The notes under the pieces were generated by a model, which was given only the letters and a program-made list of their open reading frames with translations, ran no database searches and was not told the DNA's origin. 64,000 nucleotides of DNA from Pseudomonadota bacterium (GTDB lineage: Bacteria; Pseudomonadota; Alphaproteobacteria; Rhodobacterales; Rhodobacteraceae), in NCBI GenBank assembly GCA_039208585.1, contig JBCCQX010000004.1, positions 52,031 to 116,030 of the forward strand, in the 5' to 3' direction. The position numbers and the translations under genes were made by a program. Of the stretch, positions 1 to 9,244 are shown piece after piece. How positions within the stretch are numbered: the stretch's first letter is position 1; every line of letters begins with the position of its first letter.

Positions 1-24
1 GTTCCGTCGCTTTAGGCTGCGCCC

Positions 25-969
25 ATGACACATGACAAACCCGTATTGGGTATCCTCCTCATGCTTGGTTTTTGCATTCTGGCCCCCATGGCGGATGCGA
101 TTGCAAAGCTTCTAAGCAACCGTGTGCCAATCGCGGAGGTTGTGTTCATTCGCTTTGCGCTTCAGGTGCTGATCCTCGCTCCACTGGTCTGGAGTACGGG
201 ACGCATCTGGCTGACCCCCGCCCGAGTGCGGCGCGTTTTGCTTCTGCGCACGGTGGTGCACATCGCAGCGATATGGACGATGCTGACTGCGCTTACCTAT
301 CTGGAACTGGCCGATGCTGTCGCGATTGTCTTTGTCATGCCCTTTTTCTTGCTGCTTTTGGGCAGGACCTTTTTGAATGAGCAGGTCGGTCTGAAACGCC
401 TATCCGCCTGCATCGTCGGTTTTTTGGGCGCGCTTTTGGTGATCCAGCCGAGCTTTATCACCGTGGGCTGGCCAGCGCTGCTGCCAGTGCTGGTTGCCTT
501 GCTCTTCGCGTTTTACATGCTGCTGACGCGCCACATTGCAAAGGCATCTGATCCGATTGCTCAGCAAGCGATAAGCGGGATGATGGCGATGCTTATTCTC
601 GCCCCGCTTTTGGTGATCGGCACCTGGGTGGACGCGCCTCTCGTCTCATCAATCTGGCCAACCCAGAACGAGTGGGCGCTGTTGATTGCCCTGGGCATCA
701 TCGGCACGCTGGCGCATCTCATGATGACATGGTCTTTGCGCTATGCCCCCTCAACCACGCTGGCACCGATGCAGTATTTGGAAATCCCGGTTGCCACCCT
801 TTTGGGGCTGGTGATCTTTCAGGATCTGCCCGATGCCCTCGCGAGCCTCGGCATCATGCTGATCATCTCGGCAGGGCTTTACATTCTCATGCGGGAGCAG
901 GCCATTTCTCGGCGCCCGGCTCAAGCAATTGCGCCGCAATACGCGCCAGATAGCGACGCGGCAAGATGA
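25..969 (+). CDS. DMT/EamA family transporter
   Basis: About 10 hydrophobic helices in two EamA-like repeats; typical motifs 'FLNEQVG..R' and 'LAPMQYLEIP'. Confidence 0.9.
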   Translation: MTHDKPVLGILLMLGFCILAPMADAIAKLLSNRVPIAEVVFIRFALQVLILAPLVWSTGRIWLTPARVRRVLLLRTVVHIAAIWTMLTALTYLELADAVAIVFVMPFFLLLLGRTFLNEQVGLKRLSACIVGFLGALLVIQPSFITVGWPALLPVLVALLFAFYMLLTRHIAKASDPIAQQAISGMMAMLILAPLLVIGTWVDAPLVSSIWPTQNEWALLIALGIIGTLAHLMMTWSLRYAPSTTLAPMQYLEIPVATLLGLVIFQDLPDALASLGIMLIISAGLYILMREQAISRRPAQAIAPQYAPDSDAAR

Positions 970-1576
970 CCAACATATTGGGGCGATCCATCTGAAGCTG
1001 CACCGGCCCTTGGGCGATATTCGATGTTCCGATCTTTGTCCCTGGCTGAAAGGCCAATCCGTTAATCGGCCAAGCGATCCCGGTGCTATGCCCCGCGCAG
1101 CGACCCATCGGGAAAAGCGACACCACATCCCCTGCTCTGGCATCAAACTGAATGCTGGGAGGCGCAAGAAAAACGATCTCTGACACACCCAGAAGCACGC
1201 AAGGCTGATGCGGAAAAGCAAGCAGCGTGTGCAGTGCGGCAAGCTGATGATCAACACGCCCGCCTAAAAAGCCAATTCCGATCACCAGTGGCGTGTCGAT
1301 CCCTCTGAGTGCCTTCTCAAAATCAGTGGAGAATTGTTCTGTGACCGGATGCTGACGCGAGGTCGGAATGCTTTGCCGCGCAACGTCTGAAATGGAGTCA
1401 AAATCACCAATGACCGCTTCGACGGGAACATTGCGCGCATGCGCGAAATTCGCACCACCGTCTGCCGCCACATAAGCTGGCGCAACCGCGCTTGCGGCCT
1501 GAAGATCACCCTCTGACACGGGTCCCCCACCGATCAGCGTCACTGGCACCTGGGTTGCAAAAACGCACGCCGTCAT
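887..1576 (-). CDS. thiN: Thiamine diphosphokinase
   Basis: Motifs AADGGA, GDFDS, TDFEKAL and GGRVDHQ are characteristic of ThiN. Confidence 0.9.
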   Translation of the reverse strand: MTACVFATQVPVTLIGGGPVSEGDLQAASAVAPAYVAADGGANFAHARNVPVEAVIGDFDSISDVARQSIPTSRQHPVTEQFSTDFEKALRGIDTPLVIGIGFLGGRVDHQLAALHTLLAFPHQPCVLLGVSEIVFLAPPSIQFDARAGDVVSLFPMGRCAGHSTGIAWPINGLAFQPGTKIGTSNIAQGPVQLQMDRPNMLVILPRRYLARIAAQLLEPGAEKWPAPA

Positions 1577-1709
1577 CGCCGGGCACCCAGGTGGGAAACG
1601 GTGAAATAAATGGCATGCACGAGGATAAGCATGCGAAACAGATGGACTAAATTTCTACGAAAGGCCATGCTACCTACAGGATGGAAATGCTGGTTGGGGG
1701 ATCAGTCGG

Positions 1710-2993
1710 ATGAAAGAAGACGGGCAAGACCGCAAAGTTCTGACAGTGTCTTACGGCGCATTTTCCTGTACGCTTGAAGGGTTTGACGAACCTATTGAAG
1801 CGCTCAAAGTCGTCACGGAGTATTTTCGTGAGCTCAGCGCACGCGATCAATATTTCGCGTCCGAGCCGCAAAAACCAGATCAAGGATCCCTATCCAAGGT
1901 GGTCCAAGAGGAAGAGAAGAAAGACATCACGCTGCAAGAGAAAAACGGCGAATTGGTGTTAACGGCGCGCAACGCATCGGATCCGGCGGTCGCGCAAACA
2001 GATGCGCCGGAAGCTGCAGAGCCTGAAACGCAGACCGAGAACGCGCGCACGCCAGTCGAGCGGCAGACCACGATCGTCGCGGGGCAGTTAGATGCCGAGG
2101 TTGAGGCATTTTTCGCGGGCAGCAGCAATGACGCGGAACCGCCGAACCCTGCGCAAGGCGCCCCCACGACAGCAGATCCAGAAACACCGGCTACCGCATC
2201 AGAAACTGCGCGCCAACCAGAGGCGACGCTCGAAGAAAAGCTGGCGCGCATTCGCAGTGCCGTGGCGGACAATGACGCGGGCACCGCCGAGCAGCCAGAA
2301 GGGGATGCCGAGGTAAAACTCGACGACGTGCCACCGGATGTGATCGCCAAAGCACGCGCCCTGGCTGAAGCGATGGACGATGAAACAGACGTGATCGAGA
2401 ATATCTTTGAGGATGTGCCCAGCAAACCGTTTGCGCCGCCTCAACAAAGCGCGGGCAATGATCAGCAGGCAACGGCGGAAACACCGCCCTCAGATCAAGC
2501 AGCCTCGTCCGCGTCGGCAAGCGCTGCGGCTGCAAAAGCCGCGCGGCAGAAGACTGCGTTGCGCAAACCACCGAAAGTGCAGCCTTATCTTGAGCTTGCC
2601 CGGCCGACCATTGACTTTGGCTTTTCAAAAAAGCCCGTCGCCGGCGCTTCCAAGCCCGCGCAAAAGGCATCTGCTGACAACGCCGCCATTCAGACGGAGC
2701 CCGCTGCTGATCAGGAAAAATCAGAAGAGGCTGAGCAAGAGATATCGCGGCTGGTAACGCAAACGAACCAGCAAATGACCGATGAAACGCATCAAGATCG
2801 TCAGGATGACTTCGAACATCTGCGCGCCGCTGCTGCCGTGCAAGAGACGTTGCCGCCCCCAGGAGATAACGATCAGGACGAGGCGCTCTACCGCGCGGAT
2901 CTTTCGGCCGCACTAGAGGGGAAGGCAGAGGTTGCATCGATGCCACTGCTGCGTCTCAGCGAAGAACAGCGTGTCGATACCGCGTCCGCGTAA
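1710..2993 (+). CDS. Hypothetical protein: short ordered N-terminal domain, long acidic Ala/Pro/Glu/Gln-rich low-complexity linker, short helical C-terminal motifs
   Basis: 427-aa ORF with ATG start. The N-terminus 'VLTVSYGAFSCTLEGFDEP..EYFREL' resembles a Rhodobacteraceae conserved hypothetical family (recalled, not searched). Confidence 0.75.
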   Translation: MKEDGQDRKVLTVSYGAFSCTLEGFDEPIEALKVVTEYFRELSARDQYFASEPQKPDQGSLSKVVQEEEKKDITLQEKNGELVLTARNASDPAVAQTDAPEAAEPETQTENARTPVERQTTIVAGQLDAEVEAFFAGSSNDAEPPNPAQGAPTTADPETPATASETARQPEATLEEKLARIRSAVADNDAGTAEQPEGDAEVKLDDVPPDVIAKARALAEAMDDETDVIENIFEDVPSKPFAPPQQSAGNDQQATAETPPSDQAASSASASAAAAKAARQKTALRKPPKVQPYLELARPTIDFGFSKKPVAGASKPAQKASADNAAIQTEPAADQEKSEEAEQEISRLVTQTNQQMTDETHQDRQDDFEHLRAAAAVQETLPPPGDNDQDEALYRADLSAALEGKAEVASMPLLRLSEEQRVDTASA

Positions 2994-3012
2994 GCGGTAA
3001 AGGCGGAAGCGC

Positions 3013-3202
3013 TAAAGCATTTCGAGTTAAACCTGGATCACTTGTTCGCTGCCTCTCCCTACGGTCAAACGCGAAAAGTGATAAATGATGGCTCAAGTTA
3101 AACTCGAAAAGCTGTAGGGGTGGAACGGCGCAACTCAACAGGGCCGGTTGGGCGAGACGCCGATAGGGACGGGTTGTCTCAGGTTTAAGGCCGCGTGCTT
3201 TA
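3013..3202 (+). mobile_element. MITE-like element, copy 1
   Basis: Terminal inverted repeats TAAAGCA-N7-TTAAACCTG at both ends (3013 and the reverse complement ending at 3202), TA at both boundaries, internal GGAACGGCGC..CAACAG core shared with the other copies. Confidence 0.75.
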
Positions 3203-3373
3203 ACCTGAAACCAAAGTGCTGCATCTTCCCATGGTCGAACGCGCTTTTGACGCCAAGTCCTGCAAGGAAACGTGCGGTAAACCCACCAATCTCCCCCACC
3301 ATCCATCTGCGGGCGATGGGCTGCTGGTCAGCAGCCAGCAAGGCGCCGGCACAACACCTGGCGGGGCGAAGCG

Positions 3374-4279
3374 CTAGCGGCCCAGGCAGTGGCGCATGAT
3401 GGCCTTTTGCGCGTGAAGCCGGTTCTCTGCCTCGTCAAAGATCACGGAATGCTTTCCATCCATGACTGAGCTGGTCGCCTCATCCTCGCGATGCGCGGGA
3501 AGGCAATGCATGAAGAGCGCGTCCTGCTTGGCACGGGCCATCAGCGCATCATTGACCTGATAGCCGCGCAACTGGTTGTGCCGTCGTTCGCGCGCCGATT
3601 GCGGATCATGCATCGACACCCAGGTGTCCGTGACCACAAGATCGGCGTCGCGCACCGCCGTCTCAGGATTTCTTTCGATGCGGTAGAGCCCCTGTAGCGC
3701 AGGTTCGGGATCAAGCGGGGGTGGGCCCGTGAATGTCAGGTCAAAATCAAATTGCCGTGCCGCATGGGCGAAACTGGCGAATACATTGTTGCCGTCCCCA
3801 GACCAGACCACCTTTTTGCCTTTGATGGGTCCGTTGTGTTCTTCGAAGGTCATGATATCCGCCATGATCTGGCAGGGATGAGTGCGGTTGGTCAGACCAT
3901 TGATCACCGGCACACTGGCGTATTCGGCCATCTCAAGCAATGTCTGTTCCTCGAACGTGCGGATCATGATAAGGTCAACATAGCGGCTGAGAACGCGGGC
4001 GGTATCTGCGATCGTCTCGCCGTGGCCCAATTGCATATCCGTGCCAGAAAGCACCATGGTCTGCCCCCCCATCTGGCGCACGCCGACGTCAAAACTGACC
4101 CGGGTGCGGGTCGAGGGTTTCTCGAATATCAGCGCCACCATGTGGTCTTTGAGGGGCTGTTCATCATCGGGGGCCCCTTTGGGGCGCCCCTGGCGCGCGG
4201 CCTTCATGTTGAGTGCTTGATCAATGATCTGGCGCAAGGCGGGTTTGGGCGTTTGGTCAATGTCGATAAAATGCGTCAT
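3374..4279 (-). CDS. argF: Ornithine carbamoyltransferase
   Basis: STRTR, HPCQ and FMHCLP motifs. Start trimmed to the ATG at 4279 (MTHFIDID). Confidence 0.97.
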   Translation of the reverse strand: MTHFIDIDQTPKPALRQIIDQALNMKAARQGRPKGAPDDEQPLKDHMVALIFEKPSTRTRVSFDVGVRQMGGQTMVLSGTDMQLGHGETIADTARVLSRYVDLIMIRTFEEQTLLEMAEYASVPVINGLTNRTHPCQIMADIMTFEEHNGPIKGKKVVWSGDGNNVFASFAHAARQFDFDLTFTGPPPLDPEPALQGLYRIERNPETAVRDADLVVTDTWVSMHDPQSARERRHNQLRGYQVNDALMARAKQDALFMHCLPAHREDEATSSVMDGKHSVIFDEAENRLHAQKAIMRHCLGR

Positions 4280-4303
4280 CACTGTCTCTTGATAGAGAGC
4301 GCT

Positions 4304-4348
4304 GGGGGTTTTCCACCCCCAGACCCCCGGAAAGTATTTCAAGCCAAA
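4304..4348 (-). repeat. Short interspersed GC-hairpin repeat, family B copy 1
   Basis: Reverse complement reads CTTTTGGCTTGAAATACTTTCCGGGGGTCTGGGGGTGGAAAACCCCC, matching the copies at 26164, 31404, 34851 and 57701. Flanked by AGCGCT at 4298 and 4349. Confidence 0.75.
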
Positions 4349-4352
4349 AGCG

Positions 4353-5525
4353 CTATGGGGTGAGTGCCCCCGCAGCGGCGTCAAGACGATGAACCGCCTC
4401 GGCGATCTCCTCATCGCTGATGTTGAGTGGTGGCAGGATACGCACGACATGATCGGCCGCTGGCACGGTGATAACGCCCTCGGCGTAGCCCGCTTTGACC
4501 ATTTCCCCTGGCGGTATCTTGCACTTGAGCCCGAGCATCAGGCCCGACCCCCGGACCGCTTCGAAGACGGCCGGGTGATTGGCAACGAGCCCTTCCAGGC
4601 GCTGACGCAGCAGACCGGCCTTGCGGTTCACCTCGGCCAGAAAACCGGGCTCTGCCACGATGTCGAGCACCGCGCAGCCCACCGCGCAGCCCAACGGGTT
4701 GCCGCCGTAGGTCGATCCATGGGTCCCAGGCGTCATGCCTTTTGCCGCTCTCTCTGATGCCAAGACTGCGCCGAGCGGGAAGCCGCCCCCGATGCCTTTG
4801 GCCACCATCATGATGTCCGGGGCGATGCCCGCCCATTCATGCGCGAACAATCGCCCGGTGCGGCCCACGCCGCATTGCACCTCATCCAAGATCAACAATA
4901 GATCACGCGCGTCGCAGAGCGCGCGCAAGCCTTTGAGCGTTTGATCTGGGAGGAGACGTATGCCGCCTTCGCCTTGCAGGGGTTCGACCATGATCGCGCA
5001 GGTTTTTTCGGTTATCGCCGCTTCGACCGCGGCGAGATCATCGAACAGGACATGCACGAAACCGGGCAAGAGCGGGCCGAAACCCTTGGTCATTTTTTCC
5101 GACCCTGCTGCCGCGATCCCGGCGGATGAACGGCCATGAAAGGACCCTTCAAATGTGATGATCTCCACCCGCTCAGGCTCTGCCTTTTCGTAGAAATATT
5201 TGCGCGCCATTTTCACCGCAAGCTCGCAACTTTCCGTGCCGGAGTTGGTGAAAAACACCGTGTCTGCGAAACTCAGCGCGACGAGCCTGTCTGCAAGCGC
5301 TTGCTGCTGCGGGATGTGGTAGAGGTTTGAGGTATGCCAAAGTTGGCCCGCTTGACGCGTCAACGCCTCAACCAACGCGGGATGCGCATGGCCCAGGGCA
5401 TTCACCGCGATCCCCGCGCCGAGATCGAGGAAGCGTCGGCCATCCGCCTCGGTCAGCCAGGATCCAGCGCCGGCGACAAAGCTCATCGGCGCACGTGTGT
5501 AAGTCGGCAAAACGGAAGGGATCAT
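4353..5525 (-). CDS. argD: Acetylornithine aminotransferase
   Basis: Class III aminotransferase motifs ([26 protein letters not shown]), upstream of argF. Start MIPSVLPTY follows an AAGGA Shine-Dalgarno. Confidence 0.95.
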   Translation of the reverse strand: MIPSVLPTYTRAPMSFVAGAGSWLTEADGRRFLDLGAGIAVNALGHAHPALVEALTRQAGQLWHTSNLYHIPQQQALADRLVALSFADTVFFTNSGTESCELAVKMARKYFYEKAEPERVEIITFEGSFHGRSSAGIAAAGSEKMTKGFGPLLPGFVHVLFDDLAAVEAAITEKTCAIMVEPLQGEGGIRLLPDQTLKGLRALCDARDLLLILDEVQCGVGRTGRLFAHEWAGIAPDIMMVAKGIGGGFPLGAVLASERAAKGMTPGTHGSTYGGNPLGCAVGCAVLDIVAEPGFLAEVNRKAGLLRQRLEGLVANHPAVFEAVRGSGLMLGLKCKIPPGEMVKAGYAEGVITVPAADHVVRILPPLNISDEEIAEAVHRLDAAAGALTP

Positions 5526-5649
5526 CTGGATCATCCTTTATAAAACCGCGAGAATGCCAAAAAGGCATGGGCGGTGTGAAGCGTCAAGGCTGTTTGGGAA
5601 AACGCGATGTTAACGCACGCGCGACCTGTTTGATCGCACCGCAAATGGG

Positions 5650-5688
5650 CTAACGTCGTCGGACAGAGATTTTTTTAACTCGTCTCAT
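5650..5688 (-). CDS. Putative Arg-rich leader peptide MRRVKKISVRRR (uORF of argD-argF)
   Basis: ATG AGA CGA GTT AAA AAA ATC TCT GTC CGA CGA CGT TAG read directly from the sequence: 5 of 12 codons are Arg, three of them consecutive before the stop. It lies directly upstream of Arg biosynthesis genes. Confidence 0.7.
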   Translation of the reverse strand: MRRVKKISVRRR

Positions 5689-5694
5689 ATCGTT

Positions 5695-5723
5695 CGCTTA
5701 GCGGCAACGCGAGCGTTTGCCAA
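5695..5723 (-). promoter_or_regulatory. Putative sigma70 promoter for the leader peptide/argDF transcript
   Basis: TTGGCA-N17-TAAGCG. The A of the uORF ATG is the 7th nt after the -10 hexamer, which suggests a leaderless transcript. Confidence 0.55.
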
Positions 5724-5771
5724 GCGTTTTCTCCGCTTGCGTTGACATCAGCGCGGGGGCAAAGACGCAGG

Positions 5772-6680
5772 ATGTTTGAAGCGAAAGCACAAAATAACGC
5801 CTTGGCCGCACTGTTGATCGTGATTGCCACCGCGTTTATTGCCGCGACAATGCTATTTGCCAAGGCGCTGAGCGATGCAACCGTTGGTACACCGCTGCAT
5901 CCTTTGCAAATCAGCCATGGGCGGTTTGCGTTCGCTTTTCTGGGGATCGCTGCTGCGGCAGCAGTGGTTCGGCCAAGAATATCGATGCCGCACTGGGATC
6001 TACATGTGGCACGCACAGCCTGCGGGTGGGCGGGATCGACCCTGATGTTTGCCTCTGTGGCTTTCATCCCCCTGGCGGATGCCACGGCCATTTCTTTTCT
6101 CAATCCCGTCTTTGGCATGATCTTGGCGATCCCGCTGCTGGGCGAGCGCGTGGGTCGCATCCGTTGGGCGGCAGCGCTGCTGGCACTCAGCGGGGCATTG
6201 ATTTTGCTACGACCGACGCCGGAGAGCTTTCAACCGGCCGCGCTTTTGGCGTTGGGCGCGGCGATGATCATGGGGCTTGAGCTGAGCTTCATCAAAAAAC
6301 TGGCGAGCCGCGAAAACCCCTTTCAGGTGCTTTTGGTCAATAATTTCCTGGGCCTGGTGATCGCCAGCATCGCGGTGATTTTCGTTTGGCAGGCACCCAA
6401 CAGCATGCAATGGCTGCTCTTGATCGCCTTGGGTCTGTGCATGGCCATTGCGCAAGCCTGTTTCATCAATGGGATGGCACGGGCCGATGCCAGCTTTGTG
6501 GCGCCTTTCAGCTATGCGACATTGATCTTTGCGGCGCTCTATGACGTCGTGTTTTACGGATTTCTACCAGATGCGATCAGCCTTTTGGGCGCGGGCATCA
6601 TTGTCGCTGGCGCTGTGATGTTGGCACTACGAGAAGGCCGCCCAAGGCCAACGCATCAACCGCATAACCAGCGGCTTTAA
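5772..6680 (+). CDS. DMT/EamA family transporter
   Basis: Multiple TM helices in two EamA repeats ('LLGERVG..RW', 'APFSYATLIFA'). Start trimmed to the ATG at 5772. Confidence 0.9.
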   Translation: MFEAKAQNNALAALLIVIATAFIAATMLFAKALSDATVGTPLHPLQISHGRFAFAFLGIAAAAAVVRPRISMPHWDLHVARTACGWAGSTLMFASVAFIPLADATAISFLNPVFGMILAIPLLGERVGRIRWAAALLALSGALILLRPTPESFQPAALLALGAAMIMGLELSFIKKLASRENPFQVLLVNNFLGLVIASIAVIFVWQAPNSMQWLLLIALGLCMAIAQACFINGMARADASFVAPFSYATLIFAALYDVVFYGFLPDAISLLGAGIIVAGAVMLALREGRPRPTHQPHNQRL

Positions 6681-6814
6681 GACACCCGGGCTTAATCTAG
6701 CTCCAACCAGCTTAGCGCCGGCCCGTGGGCGCGGATCGGCGCGGCCCAACAGAAACGGTGGGGCAGGTGGATAAGCGGGAACGGGCTCTATCAAGTTTAA
6801 AGCCGGATGCTTTG
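6678..6814 (+). mobile_element. MITE-like element, copy 2
   Basis: Left TIR TAAGACA-N7-TTAATCTAG starts at the TAA stop of the DMT gene; right TIR (reverse complement) CAAAGCA-N7-TTAAACTTG; core CTTAGCGCCG..GGCGCGGCCCAACAG. Confidence 0.75.
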
Positions 6815-6914
6815 ATGCATATTCCTTGCACGCAGACGCAGAGCGACTAAACTAGAGGGATGTTTTGCAAAAGCGGTCCGATCCTGGGCCGCTTTTTACC
6901 TGAGGAAGTCGGTG

Positions 6915-7481
6915 ATGTCCTGGACAGAAGAGCGTGTGGAGATACTCAAGAAGCTTTGGGGTGAGGGGCAATCGGCCAGTCAGATCGCCAAAGAGCTGGG
7001 CGGTGTGACGCGCAATGCGGTCATCGGCAAGGTGCACCGACTGGGATTGTCTAATCGCGCCACCAGCACGACCAACAAACCCGACGCAAAGGGAAAACCA
7101 GCCGCCAAAACGGAAGCGAAAACCAAGGCACCTGCCCAATCCACCGCACCGGAGATGAAGACAGAACCGGCGAACCCACCGAAATCTACATTACCTGCGC
7201 GCAAACAAATCATTCCGGCCGGTCAACCCCTGCCCCCGCAACCTTCCGCCAATGAGATTTCGCCGGAAGCGCTGGCAAAGGTGAATGAGGTTGAGAAGAA
7301 GGCGCGCAAGATCAGCTTGATGGAATTGACCGAACGCACCTGCAAATGGCCGGTCGGAGACCCTGCGACCGACGATTTCTGGTTTTGCGGTTTGCCGGTT
7401 CAACAGGGTAAACCTTACTGCGAGGCACATGTCGGTGTGGCCTTTCAACCGATGTCATCGCGCCGAGATCGGCGTCGATAA
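6915..7481 (+). CDS. gcrA: Cell-cycle regulator GcrA
   Basis: N-terminus MSWTEERVE..W.EG.SASQIA..LGGVTRNAVIGKVHRL and C-terminus CKWP.GDP...FWFCG...PYC..H. Confidence 0.95.
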   Translation: MSWTEERVEILKKLWGEGQSASQIAKELGGVTRNAVIGKVHRLGLSNRATSTTNKPDAKGKPAAKTEAKTKAPAQSTAPEMKTEPANPPKSTLPARKQIIPAGQPLPPQPSANEISPEALAKVNEVEKKARKISLMELTERTCKWPVGDPATDDFWFCGLPVQQGKPYCEAHVGVAFQPMSSRRDRRR

Positions 7482-7627
7482 CAGTGCTACACATCGTTTT
7501 GAGCGTCGCTGGAAGCACTTCCAAGCTCAGCGCAGAAGCGATCGCGCTGTAATCAAGAGTAAACAAACGGTGAATTGCGCTTTGCCCGCGGCCGTGATTG
7601 ATGGCCCGAGGAAAGATCGAGGCACTG

Positions 7628-9244
7628 ATGGCTGATACCATTCGCGCAGCAGACGCTTTGGCGAGACGTCTCTATCAGGCCGGATGTCGCGTCGCATTCG
7701 GCATGCCGGGCGGCGAGGTGTTGACGTTAATCGATGCGTTAGAGAGCGCGGGGATCCGATTTATTCTGGCAAAGCACGAAAATGCCGCAGGATTTCTGGC
7801 AGAGGGGGTGCATCACCGCGACCACGCGCCTGGCATCCTGGTCGGGACGATTGGGCCAGGCATCATGAACGGGGTCAACACCATCGCCAATGCGTTGCAG
7901 GATCAGGTGCCGCTGATCGTACTTTCAGGCTGTGTGGATGCCGATGAAGGCCAACGCTACACGCACCAAGTCATCGACCAGCAAGGCGTTTTAAAGCCGA
8001 TCACCAAAGCGAGCTTTCGGTTGAGCGCGGGGGCCGCGCATATCATCGCGGATAAGGCGGTGAGTATCGCAACCGAGGGGCACATGGGGCCCGTGCACAT
8101 TGATGTCCTCATCGGCGTGGCTGACGCGCGTGTTGCCGCAGCAGCACCGCGCCCCCGCGCGGTCGCGTCGCCTGTCGCGCCGACGGGTGCGGATTTGAAC
8201 AGCGCGCAACGCTGGTTGGCACAGGCGGAACGCCCCGTAATGATCATCGGCGTCGGCGCCATGAACCAAAACGCAGCGGCAGAGATCACGCAGTTTGCAG
8301 AGCAATTTCAAATCCCGGTGATCAGCAGCTACAAGGCCAAAGGCATGCTGCGCGAAGATCACCCGCTGTCGCTGGGTGGCGCCGGGCTTTCCCCCCTGGC
8401 GGATCGGCATTTGCTGCCGTTCATTCGGGAAGCAGATCTGATCATCTGCGTGGGCTATGATCCAGTAGAAATGCGGCCCGGCTGGCGCGATGTGTGGGAT
8501 CCTGCGACCCAAAGGGTGGTGGATATCAGCGCTGAACCCAACCATCATTTCATGCATCAAGGGACCTTGAATTTCGTCGCAGATTGCGCGGCAACGCTCA
8601 ATGCTTTGAGCGCGGATGTCACGCCGCGCGCCACCTGGGTTAACGGACAAATTGACCTCACCAGGGAGGCGCTGAGCGCCGCCTTTCCGACAGAAGACGC
8701 CTGGGGGCCCGCCGCCGTTATTGACACCTGCCGTCGAATATTGCCGCGCGACGCACTGGCAACAGCAGACAGTGGGGCGCATCGCATTTTATTGAGCCAG
8801 ATGTGGCGCTGCTATGCCCCGCGCGCGCTGATGCAATCCTCTGCGCTGTGTACGATGGGCTGCGCTGTGCCACTGGCCATCGGCGCAAAATGGGCCAGTC
8901 CTGATCGCGATGTCGTCTGTTTCGCGGGTGACGCGGGCTTCCTGATGGTTCTGGGCGAACTCGCAACGGCGGCAGAATTAAAGATCGCGCCCATTTTCGT
9001 CGTTTTTGTCGACGCCTCACTGGCGTTGATCGAGAAAAAGCAGCGAGAGCGGCAGATGACCAACCTGGGCGTCGATTTCGCCACGCATGATTTTGCCGCG
9101 ATGGGACGCGCATTGGGAGGGCGCGGCATCACGGTGCGTGATCGTGCCAGCCTGGAGAGCGCGCTGAAAGAGGCGATGACGGCAGATGTTTTCACCGTCA
9201 TCGCAGCAGAGATTGAGCGGGGAGCCTACGATGGCCGCATCTAA
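7628..9244 (+). CDS. ThDP-dependent enzyme (acetolactate synthase-like superfamily)
   Basis: FGMPGG, HENAAGFLA (catalytic Glu), GPG, MG..VP.AIGA and a GDAG ThDP-binding motif. Confidence 0.88.
   Translation: MADTIRAADALARRLYQAGCRVAFGMPGGEVLTLIDALESAGIRFILAKHENAAGFLAEGVHHRDHAPGILVGTIGPGIMNGVNTIANALQDQVPLIVLSGCVDADEGQRYTHQVIDQQGVLKPITKASFRLSAGAAHIIADKAVSIATEGHMGPVHIDVLIGVADARVAAAAPRPRAVASPVAPTGADLNSAQRWLAQAERPVMIIGVGAMNQNAAAEITQFAEQFQIPVISSYKAKGMLREDHPLSLGGAGLSPLADRHLLPFIREADLIICVGYDPVEMRPGWRDVWDPATQRVVDISAEPNHHFMHQGTLNFVADCAATLNALSADVTPRATWVNGQIDLTREALSAAFPTEDAWGPAAVIDTCRRILPRDALATADSGAHRILLSQMWRCYAPRALMQSSALCTMGCAVPLAIGAKWASPDRDVVCFAGDAGFLMVLGELATAAELKIAPIFVVFVDASLALIEKKQRERQMTNLGVDFATHDFAAMGRALGGRGITVRDRASLESALKEAMTADVFTVIAAEIERGAYDGRI

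Noticed and set aside
1577-1709. Possible TPP riboswitch upstream of thiN
   Set aside because: The CTGAGA core and the downstream conserved TPP-aptamer motifs are not present.
3135-3399. Short ORFs at 3135-3341 (-) and 3148-3399 (+)
   Set aside because: They partly read through the MITE at 3013-3202 and have no motifs or Shine-Dalgarno.
6815-6914. Possible CtrA box upstream of gcrA
   Set aside because: No TTAA-N7-TTAA/TTAAC site is visible; the nearby TTAA words belong to the MITE ends.
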